The notes beneath the pieces were generated by a model. That model was not told the DNA's origin. It made no database searches and saw nothing but the letters and a program-made list of their open reading frames with translations. 64,000 nt of DNA from a virus. Below, piece by piece: positions 7,640 to 18,829 of this stretch. The translations under genes were made by a program, and so were the position numbers. Each line of letters begins with the position of its first letter. Position 1 is the stretch's first letter. The stretch covers positions 6,824 to 70,823 of IMG/VR virus record IMGVR_UViG_3300033388_003971. One strand, written 5' to 3'.

Positions 7640-10600
7640 TATTTAAAGTCCAATTGCATTGCGCATCTTAGTACGGTGCCGTCATAGATGCAGGTTAATG
7701 TATCTTTTGCATTCGCCGTAGTACTCAGTGTAGGAGTAGCTCCACCTGGGAATTTATATAGCGTATCATAAGCTAAGGTTCTTGGTGGCGTTCCGTCCTG
7801 ATCAATATGAATAATATAAGTTCCCCCGGATATTAAATTCGTAGGATTACCTAAAGTTCTATTTCCTCCTAGAGTCACAGAAAACACATTACTTAAAGAA
7901 GCATCTACAGCTATCGTTGCAGTATCTGATAATGCCACTGTAGACACAGCCTGAGCCTTAGTCCAAGTATTATTGACAGCTAGTGCTCCATATTCAGATC
8001 CCTCTAAACCATCTAGCAAGTCAGCATTAAGGTTGTCAATAAGCTCTGTTGATGTAACGGTAAATGGTTCCTGTGCCGCAGACCCTGAGAATGTAGAAGA
8101 TCCTAGTCCATTAGCAGATGCAATCGTACCAGTTATAGTTGGAGTTACAGCTCCAATAGATAGGACTGATCCATTAATATCTGTAACGGTTCCAGATCCT
8201 GTACTACCTGTAACTGCATCACCCACAAAGAATGAAGAAGTAACCGCAGACAAAGTCGCGTCTGATTCAGCGCCACTAGTTGAATCTGTTATTCTGTCTG
8301 CTGAAAGTGCAACAGTATTTAAAACCTTAAGAATCTTATTTGGCTCATCTATCAGCTTAATAGTTCCTGAACCAGACCCTGTATCAGTAACAATATTTCC
8401 TACTGCAAATTCCCTATCTACTGAAGAGTCCACAGTAAACTCTATTGGACTACGTTGATTGCTTACTACATCAGTTGCAGAGACAGTTCCAACTAGATCT
8501 CTAACCCTTATAAGTACTCCGGATATGTCAGTCTCTATTACTTCTGCTGTTGCTCCAGTGTCTGTAGTTATAATATCAAGAACCTTGTATGTAAGATCAT
8601 CTTGTCTTACTGCCGAACCTTCAGCTAGTCCAAGATCACCATTGTCAATATAGTCTGTGCTTAAGAATGTTCCTGATGTAGGAGCAATCCAAATGGTGTC
8701 CGCAGAATCATCTACGTATATTATGGTTCCGGTTGCACCTGATCCAGCTGGGCCAGCTCCTGTTACTCCTGTTACAGTGTCATCTACAGCGTAAGCAGCA
8801 TACTCTGTGCCTATTAAAGTTGGCACAAATGATCCTGATCCTGGCGCACTTACTGTATTAGTTGTGTCCCACGTTCCAGTACCTAGGTCACTAACAGTGA
8901 TAAAGTCGTTTATATCATCTGTATATGTGATTATTCCAGTGGCTCCAGATACTGCTTGAGTAGCAATCTCTTTTCTATCAAAGGTAGACAGGTCGACAGC
9001 ACCAAACTCAATATCAATTACGTTAACATCGTTAACATCTATTTCATCATGCTCAAGATCAGTTACAGCAGGAGCAACTATATCAGTGTGCTTTAGATCA
9101 TCAACTGCTAGGTCCTGGTGATTAGCATGTGCAATGTTATCCATGGTGAAATCTTCACCAGATACAAAGTTATGTCTTGCATATATGTCATCTGTACTAA
9201 GGGTCTTTACGGAACCACCAAATATGTCAGCTAGTATCTGCTCTACATCATTGTTAGAAAAGTTACCCGCCGAATCCTCTACATGTATGTCTGCTGCATA
9301 GTGTTCCCCAGCAGATGGTGGAGCTGAACCAGATCCTTGTATATGAGTTACATCTATAAACTCTGAAGTATGAGTTTCGTTACCGTGTGCTTCCGGAGCT
9401 CCACCTGCAAGTCTAGGGTCATCACCAGCACATATCGTATCGGCTGTTGTTCCAAATCCTACTGCGCTATCAAGGAAGCCATAGGTTATGTCTGATGCCT
9501 CTAAGAATGAAGATCCAAGCAATGTGTCAACATCTGTTCTTAGGTCATTTGTATTCTCTGTACCAAGGACAGTTAATGCAGAATCTATATCTGCATGCGT
9601 ATTACTTCCTATGTCTGTAAGTGACAGGTGACTTTTTGTAGCCAGGTCAGCTAGGCTACTTCCTGTCTTGTCGACATTATCCCAGTCTATTAGACTAGAG
9701 TTAGTATTTATTTCTGTAGCTATAGCTGCATGTCCAATTTGTGCAGCAGTAACACCATGAGGATTATTGAAATCAAGCTCATGTGCTGTGCCTCCTGCGC
9801 CTACAACATCTATTGCTTCATCGAGCTTTGCGAGGGCCTCTGTTACACTGTCGTCACTATCTATATATGTTAATGCTGTACCTTCTGGAGGATATGCTGC
9901 ATATGGAGGTTGCTGATGTGCGCTTGTAATTCCAAGAACACTCCTGATATAATCTATATCAGTGCCCTCTACATCATCAAACGTTAGTCCATGTGGATTG
10001 TTTGCAGCTCTTGTTCCAGTTCCACTGTCCCATATGTGTCCGTTAAGATCTACAGGTCCACCAACGTATGGTTCTAATATCTCATCTGCCCAACCAGCAG
10101 TTCCTTTAAATATTCTGATTACCGTTCTAGCTACATTAAGATCATCAAGAAGAGTCTCTACAGGATCGACACCTATATCAAATGTATCTATGGCGCCTGC
10201 ACCTGAGTTATCAAGCTTAGTCTGAACTATTGCAGCATTGTCATTGACATCTGCGTTCACTATATCGTGTATTAAGGTAACATCTGTATCCCAACTACCT
10301 TGATGTAAGGTTAGTATGGCATCTAGTGCATCGTTTATACTGTTTGTGAAGTTTGCAATACCATCAGAATCTAATGAGAATGATGATCCATAGATATCTT
10401 TTGCTAACTGAACTATGTTATATTCATTATTCTGAGATCTGGTCAGTATACTTACGCCACCAAAGGTATAGTCGTCACTGAATATCTCAAGACCTATAGC
10501 TCTCTTCTGGTCATGTGTTAGTGCTCCAGAAGCCTCAGCTACAAGTGCAGCAAGATCATTATAGTTTGACTCCATCTCCTCTCTAACCTCTGTAAGAGAT

Positions 10601-10914
10601 TCCTTCAGAGTAATAGGCCTACTATAAGTTTCATTCCAGTATGCACCATTGTCGTCTGACTCTGTTGAGTCATGATCAACATAAAGCTGTGAGCCATCTA
10701 GGCCGTTTGTAAATGCGTCTATGTTAACGTCATCAGTTCCGTCTGGCACACCCAGGAGCAGAGGATAAAGCTTAAGATTCCACTCAGATATAACAGATGC
10801 TAAATCAGTTGAGATTTCATCTATCGTATCATTCCATGAATCAGAAGTTCTCGGACCTCTGTATGGAGCGTTTCTCCTTATTAGTGACAGTGCTATTTGA
10901 TTTATACCGCTCAA
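7639..10914 (-). CDS. Long tail fibre protein (TTG start)
   Basis: NNPHG(L/V)T repeats, NADLLDG fibre motif, four Gly/Thr-rich beta modules, and a C-terminal domain (TLGGNRTLGNPTN...QDGT..RTL...P.LST..NA.D) typical of fibre ends; SD GGAGG. Confidence 0.75.
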   Translation of the reverse strand: MSGINQIALSLIRRNAPYRGPRTSDSWNDTIDEISTDLASVISEWNLKLYPLLLGVPDGTDDVNIDAFTNGLDGSQLYVDHDSTESDDNGAYWNETYSRPITLKESLTEVREEMESNYNDLAALVAEASGALTHDQKRAIGLEIFSDDYTFGGVSILTRSQNNEYNIVQLAKDIYGSSFSLDSDGIANFTNSINDALDAILTLHQGSWDTDVTLIHDIVNADVNDNAAIVQTKLDNSGAGAIDTFDIGVDPVETLLDDLNVARTVIRIFKGTAGWADEILEPYVGGPVDLNGHIWDSGTGTRAANNPHGLTFDDVEGTDIDYIRSVLGITSAHQQPPYAAYPPEGTALTYIDSDDSVTEALAKLDEAIDVVGAGGTAHELDFNNPHGVTAAQIGHAAIATEINTNSSLIDWDNVDKTGSSLADLATKSHLSLTDIGSNTHADIDSALTVLGTENTNDLRTDVDTLLGSSFLEASDITYGFLDSAVGFGTTADTICAGDDPRLAGGAPEAHGNETHTSEFIDVTHIQGSGSAPPSAGEHYAADIHVEDSAGNFSNNDVEQILADIFGGSVKTLSTDDIYARHNFVSGEDFTMDNIAHANHQDLAVDDLKHTDIVAPAVTDLEHDEIDVNDVNVIDIEFGAVDLSTFDRKEIATQAVSGATGIITYTDDINDFITVSDLGTGTWDTTNTVSAPGSGSFVPTLIGTEYAAYAVDDTVTGVTGAGPAGSGATGTIIYVDDSADTIWIAPTSGTFLSTDYIDNGDLGLAEGSAVRQDDLTYKVLDIITTDTGATAEVIETDISGVLIRVRDLVGTVSATDVVSNQRSPIEFTVDSSVDREFAVGNIVTDTGSGSGTIKLIDEPNKILKVLNTVALSADRITDSTSGAESDATLSAVTSSFFVGDAVTGSTGSGTVTDINGSVLSIGAVTPTITGTIASANGLGSSTFSGSAAQEPFTVTSTELIDNLNADLLDGLEGSEYGALAVNNTWTKAQAVSTVALSDTATIAVDASLSNVFSVTLGGNRTLGNPTNLISGGTYIIHIDQDGTPPRTLAYDTLYKFPGGATPTLSTTANAKDTLTCIYDGTVLRCAMQLDFK

Positions 10915-10923
10915 AATATCCTC

Positions 10924-12933
10924 CTAGTTACCAATCTTAATTCTGTACCCAGTCATTATTGGACTAGAGTCTGTGTTTGTTGTAGATAGCTTAGCCTTAA
11001 AAAGCACTTCGTCAACACTATTTACTATGTTTTTATTAATAATATAAAAAGATTCTTGACCGAAATCGGATATATTATTATTATATTTTACAAGAAAACT
11101 TAAAGTATTTGACTCATTTATAATTGAGTACCTTGTATAGTCGTCTGCCTTTACATTATAGCTAAAATCAAACAACGGTGAGAACTCCATTACTTGAGAT
11201 GCATATAAGTCTACTCCAGCATATACTTGATCTCCAACGTATGAAGGATCGTAAGCATATCCCTCTATTATCATCTTATGATTATATGGATATAGCGGAT
11301 CATTACTTCTCATCTCGCTTTCATCCAATGCAACAAATGTTTCAAGCTTTTTCCAATTTGACTTATGCGTCTTAAACTTATGCTGACCGCCACCAATAAA
11401 TACAGTCCCAGTTACAACTTGTGCATCTATCTCTGCTTGTGTGTCTCCTAATTCTATGTACACTCCGCTTGTATTCTCTATGTTAATATATGTTGTGTAG
11501 TATGGATCTTCATATTGCCATCCACTAACTACTCCACGGGTCAACACATCGTCTCCCTGGCCAACATCTCTCCATACTTTTATATGCTCATATGGAACCT
11601 CATACACAGAGGTGTCTATAGTATGCTCTAGAAGTCTATCGTGAGTGTTCTTATAGCCATATGATGTAACAAGATCGAGCTTAACATCAGTTCCAGACTC
11701 ACTTGTTGTGCTTCCTCCTACACTGAAAACCTTTGGGTACGGTGCATCTACTCTGTTTACTGGGGTTATACCTGTCCATGTCGTGCCAGTATCAGTAGAT
11801 ATGGAATACTCTATATCTGTTCCTTCGGGTAATATCTCACATACCTCACATGACAGAACGTTAAACTGTTTCTTTGTTACTTCATCTTCTTCTAGTACTG
11901 AGAGCGGAGTTGAAATAAATTCCCCGCTCAAAAGAGAATATGATCTAGAGAAGAATGATATATTTTTAGCTCCAAATTCATACACATAGTTTGATCCGTC
12001 AACATCATCATGCCCATCCTTAGTCATTATGAACTTGATGTATTTTGCATCTAAACTTTCAAAGTCAAAGAACCCAGAAGAAATAATAACCTGAGGATTA
12101 TTGAAGAACGGAATGTCTTGCCAGTTATAGTCGTCTATTGAATATTGAGCTTGGACAGATATTGACGAGTTGATATCAGACGAATGAGATACAAATTCTA
12201 TCCTATTTATTGTTACAGGCTCTTCTGCAAGTTTTACTTTTAATTCAACATCTACCGGCTCGCTAAACGAACCCATGTATACCTGATGCTGCCACGAATT
12301 AGTCTTATCCTTAAACGCATTCAACACAGATGATCCTGGTACTACATTATAGCTAAGCAGGTTCTGCCTAGTTAACACATTAAAAGTTACATCTTCTGCA
12401 AACAGGGCATTAAGATTCAGTAGTGTCTTGGAGTTTTCGTCCACTGCTATTGTAGCTGTGTGGTTATCAACGTTTAAGCTTACATTACTGTCAACCATAT
12501 TAACCCTATTAAGGTCTTCAAGGTAATCTTCTATCATGTCAAAGTAACCTGCTGTATCTTTCTTAAGCAGTAACAACCCATTAAGGCTGGCTCTAAGAGC
12601 GTCTACCTTTCTAGATGTCTCAATGAGTTTCATTTTCCATCTCTCAAAATTGATCGCACGCTTTTGTGCAACAGCCACAATCGTATCATAGACATCTTCA
12701 AGATCCATATATATCTGAGTGACTGCATCATTGTACTTCGATGCACTTGCAGCCTCTCGTATAGCAACCTTAGAAGCAGACAAATCAAAATGCTTATCAG
12801 TTATACTAACCTCTTCCATTAAGTCTGTAAGCTCATCTAGAACCTCTGATGCAGTTATAGCTATACCCTGCTGCAGGTTCTCTTTGATGATACTCTCAAG
12901 CATCTTATTGACTTTCGTTTCTGTTAAAGACAT
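10924..12933 (-). CDS. Baseplate/fibre-arm structural protein (paralogue family member 3)
   Basis: Helical N-terminus plus a galactose-binding/discoidin-like region; shares motifs with 12933-16013 and 15985-17871. Confidence 0.6.
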   Translation of the reverse strand: MSLTETKVNKMLESIIKENLQQGIAITASEVLDELTDLMEEVSITDKHFDLSASKVAIREAASASKYNDAVTQIYMDLEDVYDTIVAVAQKRAINFERWKMKLIETSRKVDALRASLNGLLLLKKDTAGYFDMIEDYLEDLNRVNMVDSNVSLNVDNHTATIAVDENSKTLLNLNALFAEDVTFNVLTRQNLLSYNVVPGSSVLNAFKDKTNSWQHQVYMGSFSEPVDVELKVKLAEEPVTINRIEFVSHSSDINSSISVQAQYSIDDYNWQDIPFFNNPQVIISSGFFDFESLDAKYIKFIMTKDGHDDVDGSNYVYEFGAKNISFFSRSYSLLSGEFISTPLSVLEEDEVTKKQFNVLSCEVCEILPEGTDIEYSISTDTGTTWTGITPVNRVDAPYPKVFSVGGSTTSESGTDVKLDLVTSYGYKNTHDRLLEHTIDTSVYEVPYEHIKVWRDVGQGDDVLTRGVVSGWQYEDPYYTTYINIENTSGVYIELGDTQAEIDAQVVTGTVFIGGGQHKFKTHKSNWKKLETFVALDESEMRSNDPLYPYNHKMIIEGYAYDPSYVGDQVYAGVDLYASQVMEFSPLFDFSYNVKADDYTRYSIINESNTLSFLVKYNNNISDFGQESFYIINKNIVNSVDEVLFKAKLSTTNTDSSPIMTGYRIKIGN

Positions 12934-15900
12934 TATACTATACTATCCTTATCTATTATTGATATCGCATATCCGTTTACGAATGGTGTGTAATATGGTT
13001 CAAGCTCAGACAAAGATCCTTCTTCTTTCTTTACATACTCATAAAGAACCTTGAATATTAACTTTGATCCTGTCTCTCTAACTTGAGCTATGCTGTCTAT
13101 TACTTCGTTGTCATTTACAACTATTGAATTAGCTTCAGCATCGTAATAATACTTTTCTCTAGATATTAACCTGGCAATATTATATACTACCTCATAATTT
13201 GAATATTCATAGTCCACAAATGTATTTTCATATATTTGATCGTAGCTATATAGTATCCCATTCTCATAGTCTACTGAATACTTGCCATCCATAGTTACAC
13301 TATTATCTGAATAGTAGTATGACACGGTTGTGTCTGCATCAACTGCTGTGAACACTAGAACTTGCCCGCTTGAGTATTGTATTGCATACTCTCCTGGCGC
13401 TGTTAATGTTGTTCCCCAAGTAAGCTCTAACGCAGGATCAAATACAACCTTATCTGAGAATTCAGGCCTAGGCTCAGATTCAAGAGTAATACCAGTTGTT
13501 GCAAGAGCTTTCAGCTGGAATGATGTTACTCCCTCTTCTATTGTCTCATCTCCAACCTGTATAAGTTTGCTCAGTTCAGAAATACCATCAACAAATGCAA
13601 CCTCTTCAGTTAGCCTACCGCCTCCAGCTTCATCCTCTGTTATAACTATACTCCCAGGTTCTATGTTGGTATATGCAAATTGATTAGTTTTAACTCCTAA
13701 AATAGCAAGCTCTCCTACTATAGACTCAGTCTGATATGCATCCTGCGACATAGATATTTGTTTCTTAACTCCGTAAGTTTCAGCTTCTGAATAGAAGTCC
13801 CATCCACTATCGTCTAGCTTTGTTCTTGGGATATATGAATATGAAAAGTATGAGACGCTATCAGCATCCATTGGAGTATATGTATAAACAATCCCGGCAC
13901 TGTAATTTATAGAGTAATCACCAGAATCAAGAAGCTCTGATGATCCGTCAACATATGTTTTCTTGTCAGTCATTGTAGTAAGAACTGTATCGTCAACCCA
14001 TTCAGAGTCCTCAACTAAATTACTATGCTCAAGCCTATGTATAGCAGCTCCTTTTTTTAGTACCTCTGCGGTTACTGTTTCTACTTTTCCAATCCTATAT
14101 ACAATAAAATTACTCTTGTCAGCATCAGTATGAAAATTAAGATCAGCTATTAAGTTAGAGTTTATCCATATTCTCTCACTAATAAAGTTAACCTCTATCT
14201 TGCTGCCATTAACAGGGAGCTTACCGTTTGTTCCGTCTCCAAATACGAACTCTCCAGTCTCATAATTCATAGCGTAAACAGTTGCGGTTGCTGCGGCTGA
14301 TGAAAGATCTGCAACCCTAGACCATACGCTTCCACCTACAAGTATTTGTTCGCTATCCCTATCGAAGTTTATCCATGGTAATGTAAATTTCTGGTTTGCT
14401 TCTCCAGATGCTAATCCAATAAGCTTCTTTCTACTGTCATTTCCAACTGATCCAAACATAGGATCTAACAATAATATAGAGCTTGGAATTGGTGCCTCTG
14501 TAAGATCAAGCCTAAGAGGAGCCTTGTCAGATACATTGAATGTTTCTGCTAACTCACTTTTCGTTTCAGACAAAACAGAAGACGTAGAAGAAAACTTTGT
14601 ATCATTTCTTTTTAAATTTATCTTATATCTTATAGAGTTGACAGGAGCACTAGTAATTACAGAGCCTACATCTATTGTATTGAAATTCAATATCTCTGTA
14701 CCACCTGTAGCCTGTACGTTTCTTGGTTGTATTTCGTGCCACTTGATACCATCATCAGGAGATATAAAATGAGAAACGGTAGCCAGGTCAGCCTCTAGAC
14801 TAGACAGCTCACTAGACTGTAAAGACACTTTCTTTATTTCACTTGGAGCAAATATCTTTGTAGATACTATTTCGCTCTCCTTTATGTATTGGTTCCCGTG
14901 TATCTCAATGTCTTTTATTCCTATTGCATATCTTATCTTTGTGCCAGATGACGTTTCTATTGGATAGTAGTCATACTGAGTAAAAACAACATGTACGTAT
15001 CTGGTGCTTCTTGGAAAGAATGGAAATATTCCTTTCCCTTTATACTGAGACGATGCAGGAGACAGTTCAAATGGATCGCCTTCTGACTCTCTTAAGAAGT
15101 CAAGCGCGCTCTTTTGTGGCTCTATTGCAGTCCATGTATTCCCATCTACTGAGGTTTCAAGTGCATCTATAACAACTGGACTCTTTGTTCCAAAGTTGTT
15201 TGGGTCTATGATTATATTGTTAATTACATCTGTAGCTTCAAGCTCTAACATAAGATCAAGCTTAAGCGGCTCAGTTAAAGGAGCATCTTCATTTGCTACT
15301 AACTCGTATTCAAACCAGGTATCCGGATTAGAGTCAAGTACAGCATCTATCTCTGCGTTAAGTATCGCACCAACTTGATGGTTGTTGCCGGCAAAGCCAT
15401 TACTGCTATCGTTGATAGATATGTTTACAACCTGTCTAGTGGATGTCTGATCAGTAACAGGTGCAAGTGTAAGTGATCCTACACCGTCATGCACTTCAGC
15501 TCTGTCCAAGTTTAATAGATTTGGATCCTTATCAACCTTAGACGAGTCATTAAAGCTATCAGTAAAGTATGTTATGCCGGCAGATATACTATCAGTATAT
15601 ATCCCATAGTCAAGAAGTGTAGACCCTATCCTTCTTGTTTCAGTAGCTATTCTATCTGCTTCAGATATAATATAATTGAAAGATGAAACTATGCTCTGCT
15701 CAAGGTCATCTATTCCTTCAAATAGAATCTCAAGATTCATCATAATATCTTTTAGGTTGTCGTTATGCCATTCAGAGTTAGGCAGCCCACCATGTGCGGC
15801 TTTATGCTTCTCTCCTATTGGTCTACCTATATTAGATGAGAATTGAGCCAACAGTGCAGACGCTTCTATCATTGCATTTTCTACAGAAACAAATTGCCCA

Positions 15901-16013
15901 GCCTGTTGAAGCTGATTGATCCTATCTGTAATAGCTCTAAGCTGTATATTAAAAATATCTGACGGATCTATTCTTGTGTCCTTGTTAAATTCCACTAGTA
16001 AACCTCGTGTCAT
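12933..16013 (-). CDS. Large baseplate/fibre-arm structural protein (paralogue family member 2)
   Basis: DAVLDSNPDTWFE discoidin-like motif; several (G)xY.I.Y..G modules, including FGDG..GKLP..G. Confidence 0.6.
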   Translation of the reverse strand: MTRGLLVEFNKDTRIDPSDIFNIQLRAITDRINQLQQAGQFVSVENAMIEASALLAQFSSNIGRPIGEKHKAAHGGLPNSEWHNDNLKDIMMNLEILFEGIDDLEQSIVSSFNYIISEADRIATETRRIGSTLLDYGIYTDSISAGITYFTDSFNDSSKVDKDPNLLNLDRAEVHDGVGSLTLAPVTDQTSTRQVVNISINDSSNGFAGNNHQVGAILNAEIDAVLDSNPDTWFEYELVANEDAPLTEPLKLDLMLELEATDVINNIIIDPNNFGTKSPVVIDALETSVDGNTWTAIEPQKSALDFLRESEGDPFELSPASSQYKGKGIFPFFPRSTRYVHVVFTQYDYYPIETSSGTKIRYAIGIKDIEIHGNQYIKESEIVSTKIFAPSEIKKVSLQSSELSSLEADLATVSHFISPDDGIKWHEIQPRNVQATGGTEILNFNTIDVGSVITSAPVNSIRYKINLKRNDTKFSSTSSVLSETKSELAETFNVSDKAPLRLDLTEAPIPSSILLLDPMFGSVGNDSRKKLIGLASGEANQKFTLPWINFDRDSEQILVGGSVWSRVADLSSAAATATVYAMNYETGEFVFGDGTNGKLPVNGSKIEVNFISERIWINSNLIADLNFHTDADKSNFIVYRIGKVETVTAEVLKKGAAIHRLEHSNLVEDSEWVDDTVLTTMTDKKTYVDGSSELLDSGDYSINYSAGIVYTYTPMDADSVSYFSYSYIPRTKLDDSGWDFYSEAETYGVKKQISMSQDAYQTESIVGELAILGVKTNQFAYTNIEPGSIVITEDEAGGGRLTEEVAFVDGISELSKLIQVGDETIEEGVTSFQLKALATTGITLESEPRPEFSDKVVFDPALELTWGTTLTAPGEYAIQYSSGQVLVFTAVDADTTVSYYYSDNSVTMDGKYSVDYENGILYSYDQIYENTFVDYEYSNYEVVYNIARLISREKYYYDAEANSIVVNDNEVIDSIAQVRETGSKLIFKVLYEYVKKEEGSLSELEPYYTPFVNGYAISIIDKDSIV

Positions 16014-17871
16014 CTTGTATCGCCACTAACATCTTATACTCATTCAAGTATGGCGAATCGTTTATCTCTATAGAATTTCTTCTCATTAAAACAGTAAGGT
16101 ATATGTCTGACTTTACAACAGGAAATGTAGCCCTATTAACAGTGAGCTCTATCATGTTGTTCTGGTCCATAAATACAGTGGCTGCAGTATTCAAGTATAT
16201 TTCTCTTTGAGGCTCATACGATATCGTGTATGTTGAGAACGGATAAAAAACTGCCCCCGTTCCTTCAGGATCATGATAAAAAGTAACCAGTGACCTGTTC
16301 GCATCTATGTCATAGTCTAGCCCTTCTGTCAATGGAGTTGTACTACCATCTACAAAGATAGATACAGCTCCTACTGCTGCCTGGAACCTCAAGTTAGATT
16401 GCATCGTGTCCTGATTAACAAACATGTATTCTCTTTTTATTGTGTCTGTCCAGCTAGGTAATACATTAAATACCTCAGTATCTATAAGAGCTCCTGACTC
16501 ATCATAGTTCTTCTTGTATACCGAGAACTCTATACTACTTTTTGGAAAGTCAGGATTGTCTCCGATATAATTATACAGCTCAATAGTCTCAAGAGACAAT
16601 AATATAGGAGCATCAACAACTAGTGGCTTTGATGCATAAATCCCTATGTCCCTGTATTCTGATGTTCCAACTCTAATGTTGTCTAGACCTATTGTGTACG
16701 CATACCCTATTACCTGCTCTGACTCAGTTGTTCCAGTTATATTTAGTAACTGATTAACAGGGCTTGCCACCTGATCATCTCGTATAACTGATGCAAGAGC
16801 AGCCATATCTATAGTCCCATTTCTTACCTGTGTATCATACAGTGTGCTGGAATCGCTCACATAATACGAAGTATACACATAACTTTTTTGTAAAACCTCT
16901 ACAATTATCTTCCTTGCCTGAACCTCTTCAAACGTTATCTTCTTCTGCTGGTCAACTAAAACCGCGTCTGATTCTCCGAATATTTGTTGTTGTTCATCAT
17001 TCCTATCTATATAGTATAGCTTGTTTATATAGAAGTCATTATATAATATTGGGTCAATCTCTATGTACGACACAGGCCTTAAACCGTCAAGAGTCATAGT
17101 GAGCTCAACTGTTGCTCCACTATCTATAACTCCATCTCCCATTATTGTAGTTACCCAATAAGTGTCTACAGTATTATCAGATATAGCATTCACATCAAAC
17201 TCAGGGAAGTCTACGTTAAAATAATTTACATCTGCACTAGTATTATATATAAGATCGACATTAGTTATCGTGTGCATATCTACGCTTCTATACGGAAGTG
17301 ATAGAGATTTTCTTAACACATCTACGGCGCCATCATACTTAGCAGGCAAAACTGTTTGCGCACTTCTCTCATAAAATAGATCGCTGGCAATATCACCTTC
17401 TGACCTAGAGAACCTAAGATCATCTTGGTTCGAGAAGTCATCATACTGAACAACTGAAAATCCAAGATCAGTTCTATTTAAAATCTCATACTTTTTTATG
17501 TCTTTTTCTAAAGAGTTTAAAGCTAGCTCTATATTTTTTAGAACCTTATCTCCAATGAGTGATCTGTGTAGATCAGCTGTATCAGATATCACCTGCATCT
17601 CATTAAGCAAGGTATCTATATCGTCAGCAAATCTATCTAGCATAAAGTTAAACGACTCTGAGTCTATTGTGTTGCCCTTCTCTCCGAAGAAAAGCTTTGA
17701 TATAGGCATCGGTTTGCCTGCAAGAATTTGAGTCATCTCCCTGAGCTTCTCTCTGTATTCTTGAGCGGTACTTATAGACCCAGTTACGCGCATGTCATTA
17801 AGGACAGATATAATCTGCTTACCTTGAATTGCAGGCACACTCTGTATGAATTTTTTTAAATACTTTGCCAT
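15985..17871 (-). CDS. Baseplate/fibre-arm structural protein (paralogue family member 1)
   Basis: NAISDNTVDTYW, YIEIDP and YTIGLDNI motifs shared with the two downstream genes. Confidence 0.6.
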   Translation of the reverse strand: MAKYLKKFIQSVPAIQGKQIISVLNDMRVTGSISTAQEYREKLREMTQILAGKPMPISKLFFGEKGNTIDSESFNFMLDRFADDIDTLLNEMQVISDTADLHRSLIGDKVLKNIELALNSLEKDIKKYEILNRTDLGFSVVQYDDFSNQDDLRFSRSEGDIASDLFYERSAQTVLPAKYDGAVDVLRKSLSLPYRSVDMHTITNVDLIYNTSADVNYFNVDFPEFDVNAISDNTVDTYWVTTIMGDGVIDSGATVELTMTLDGLRPVSYIEIDPILYNDFYINKLYYIDRNDEQQQIFGESDAVLVDQQKKITFEEVQARKIIVEVLQKSYVYTSYYVSDSSTLYDTQVRNGTIDMAALASVIRDDQVASPVNQLLNITGTTESEQVIGYAYTIGLDNIRVGTSEYRDIGIYASKPLVVDAPILLSLETIELYNYIGDNPDFPKSSIEFSVYKKNYDESGALIDTEVFNVLPSWTDTIKREYMFVNQDTMQSNLRFQAAVGAVSIFVDGSTTPLTEGLDYDIDANRSLVTFYHDPEGTGAVFYPFSTYTISYEPQREIYLNTAATVFMDQNNMIELTVNRATFPVVKSDIYLTVLMRRNSIEINDSPYLNEYKMLVAIQDDTRFTSGI

Positions 17872-17872
17872 A

Positions 17873-18820
17873 TTAACTAGATATACTGTAGGTTAATGCT
17901 GTAGTAAACTGCCTAGTGTAAGCAGCAAGATCTGGCTCCTCATCTGTTGATGGTACCACCATTTTAAACTTAACACTTACAGACTGATTCTCCACTATCT
18001 CTCCGTTCACCTGTCCTGCCTCTGAGCTTCCGACTACCGAATCTATTGTTACAGTGATCGGATGAGTCTTGTCGTTACCTTCAAGATTCTTAAACTTTGT
18101 CCATGCTGACTCTGTTCCTATTGAAGTAGTATTTGCAACGCCTGTTCCAGTATCAGTTATTTCCTCTACCTGGAATGGTCCACTTTGTACCGAGCTTACA
18201 ATCAGCTTACCAGTCTCTACCCTAACAACTGTAGCAGATGCTCCAGATGTTGTTCCTGTTACATCTAGCCCTTCTACAAATGTACTTAGATCATCTACGT
18301 TTAGAACAGTATAGTCTGCAAAGCTATCAAGATAGTTCTGATTAATGTAAAGGCCGCCGTCAGAAATGCTTGACACTGTGGCTGATCCTGCTCCTCCGTT
18401 ACCAACATCCTCAGAGTCGCTAAACTCTCCTGATATCACGTCGACAGTTAGTGTTACATTAGTAGCATCTGTACCAACTAATGTTCCTGTTGCTCCTGAT
18501 GTTACCCCTGTAATAGTGTCATCTACATTGAAGTCTGCAATTGTATCAACGAACAGGTTAACTGTTGTGTCATTACCCCAGCTCAAAATCTCAGATATAT
18601 CTGCTTCTCTTGTAGCTCCTCCTGTATACCCGCTATCATAAGCGGATGCATAGAAACCACAATCAAAAATCTGAGAAGCACCACTATGCCTCAAGTAAAT
18701 CTGATTTTCTAATGATTCGAATGCTGGTGTTATTCCAGCATCTACTACCTCTTCATATACTACGTTATCAGTTATCTGATATCCATTGTATGCATCTGAC
18801 CAAATTATTTCTACTGCCAT
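17873..18820 (-). CDS. Virion structural protein with two F.V.D.(I/V)TG.TSGA modules
   Basis: Repeats FNVDDTITGVTSGATGTLV and FVEGLDVTGTTSGASATVV; similar modules occur in the 1091-aa fibre. Confidence 0.6.
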   Translation of the reverse strand: MAVEIIWSDAYNGYQITDNVVYEEVVDAGITPAFESLENQIYLRHSGASQIFDCGFYASAYDSGYTGGATREADISEILSWGNDTTVNLFVDTIADFNVDDTITGVTSGATGTLVGTDATNVTLTVDVISGEFSDSEDVGNGGAGSATVSSISDGGLYINQNYLDSFADYTVLNVDDLSTFVEGLDVTGTTSGASATVVRVETGKLIVSSVQSGPFQVEEITDTGTGVANTTSIGTESAWTKFKNLEGNDKTHPITVTIDSVVGSSEAGQVNGEIVENQSVSVKFKMVVPSTDEEPDLAAYTRQFTTALTYSISS

Positions 18821-18829
18821 GATATCTCC

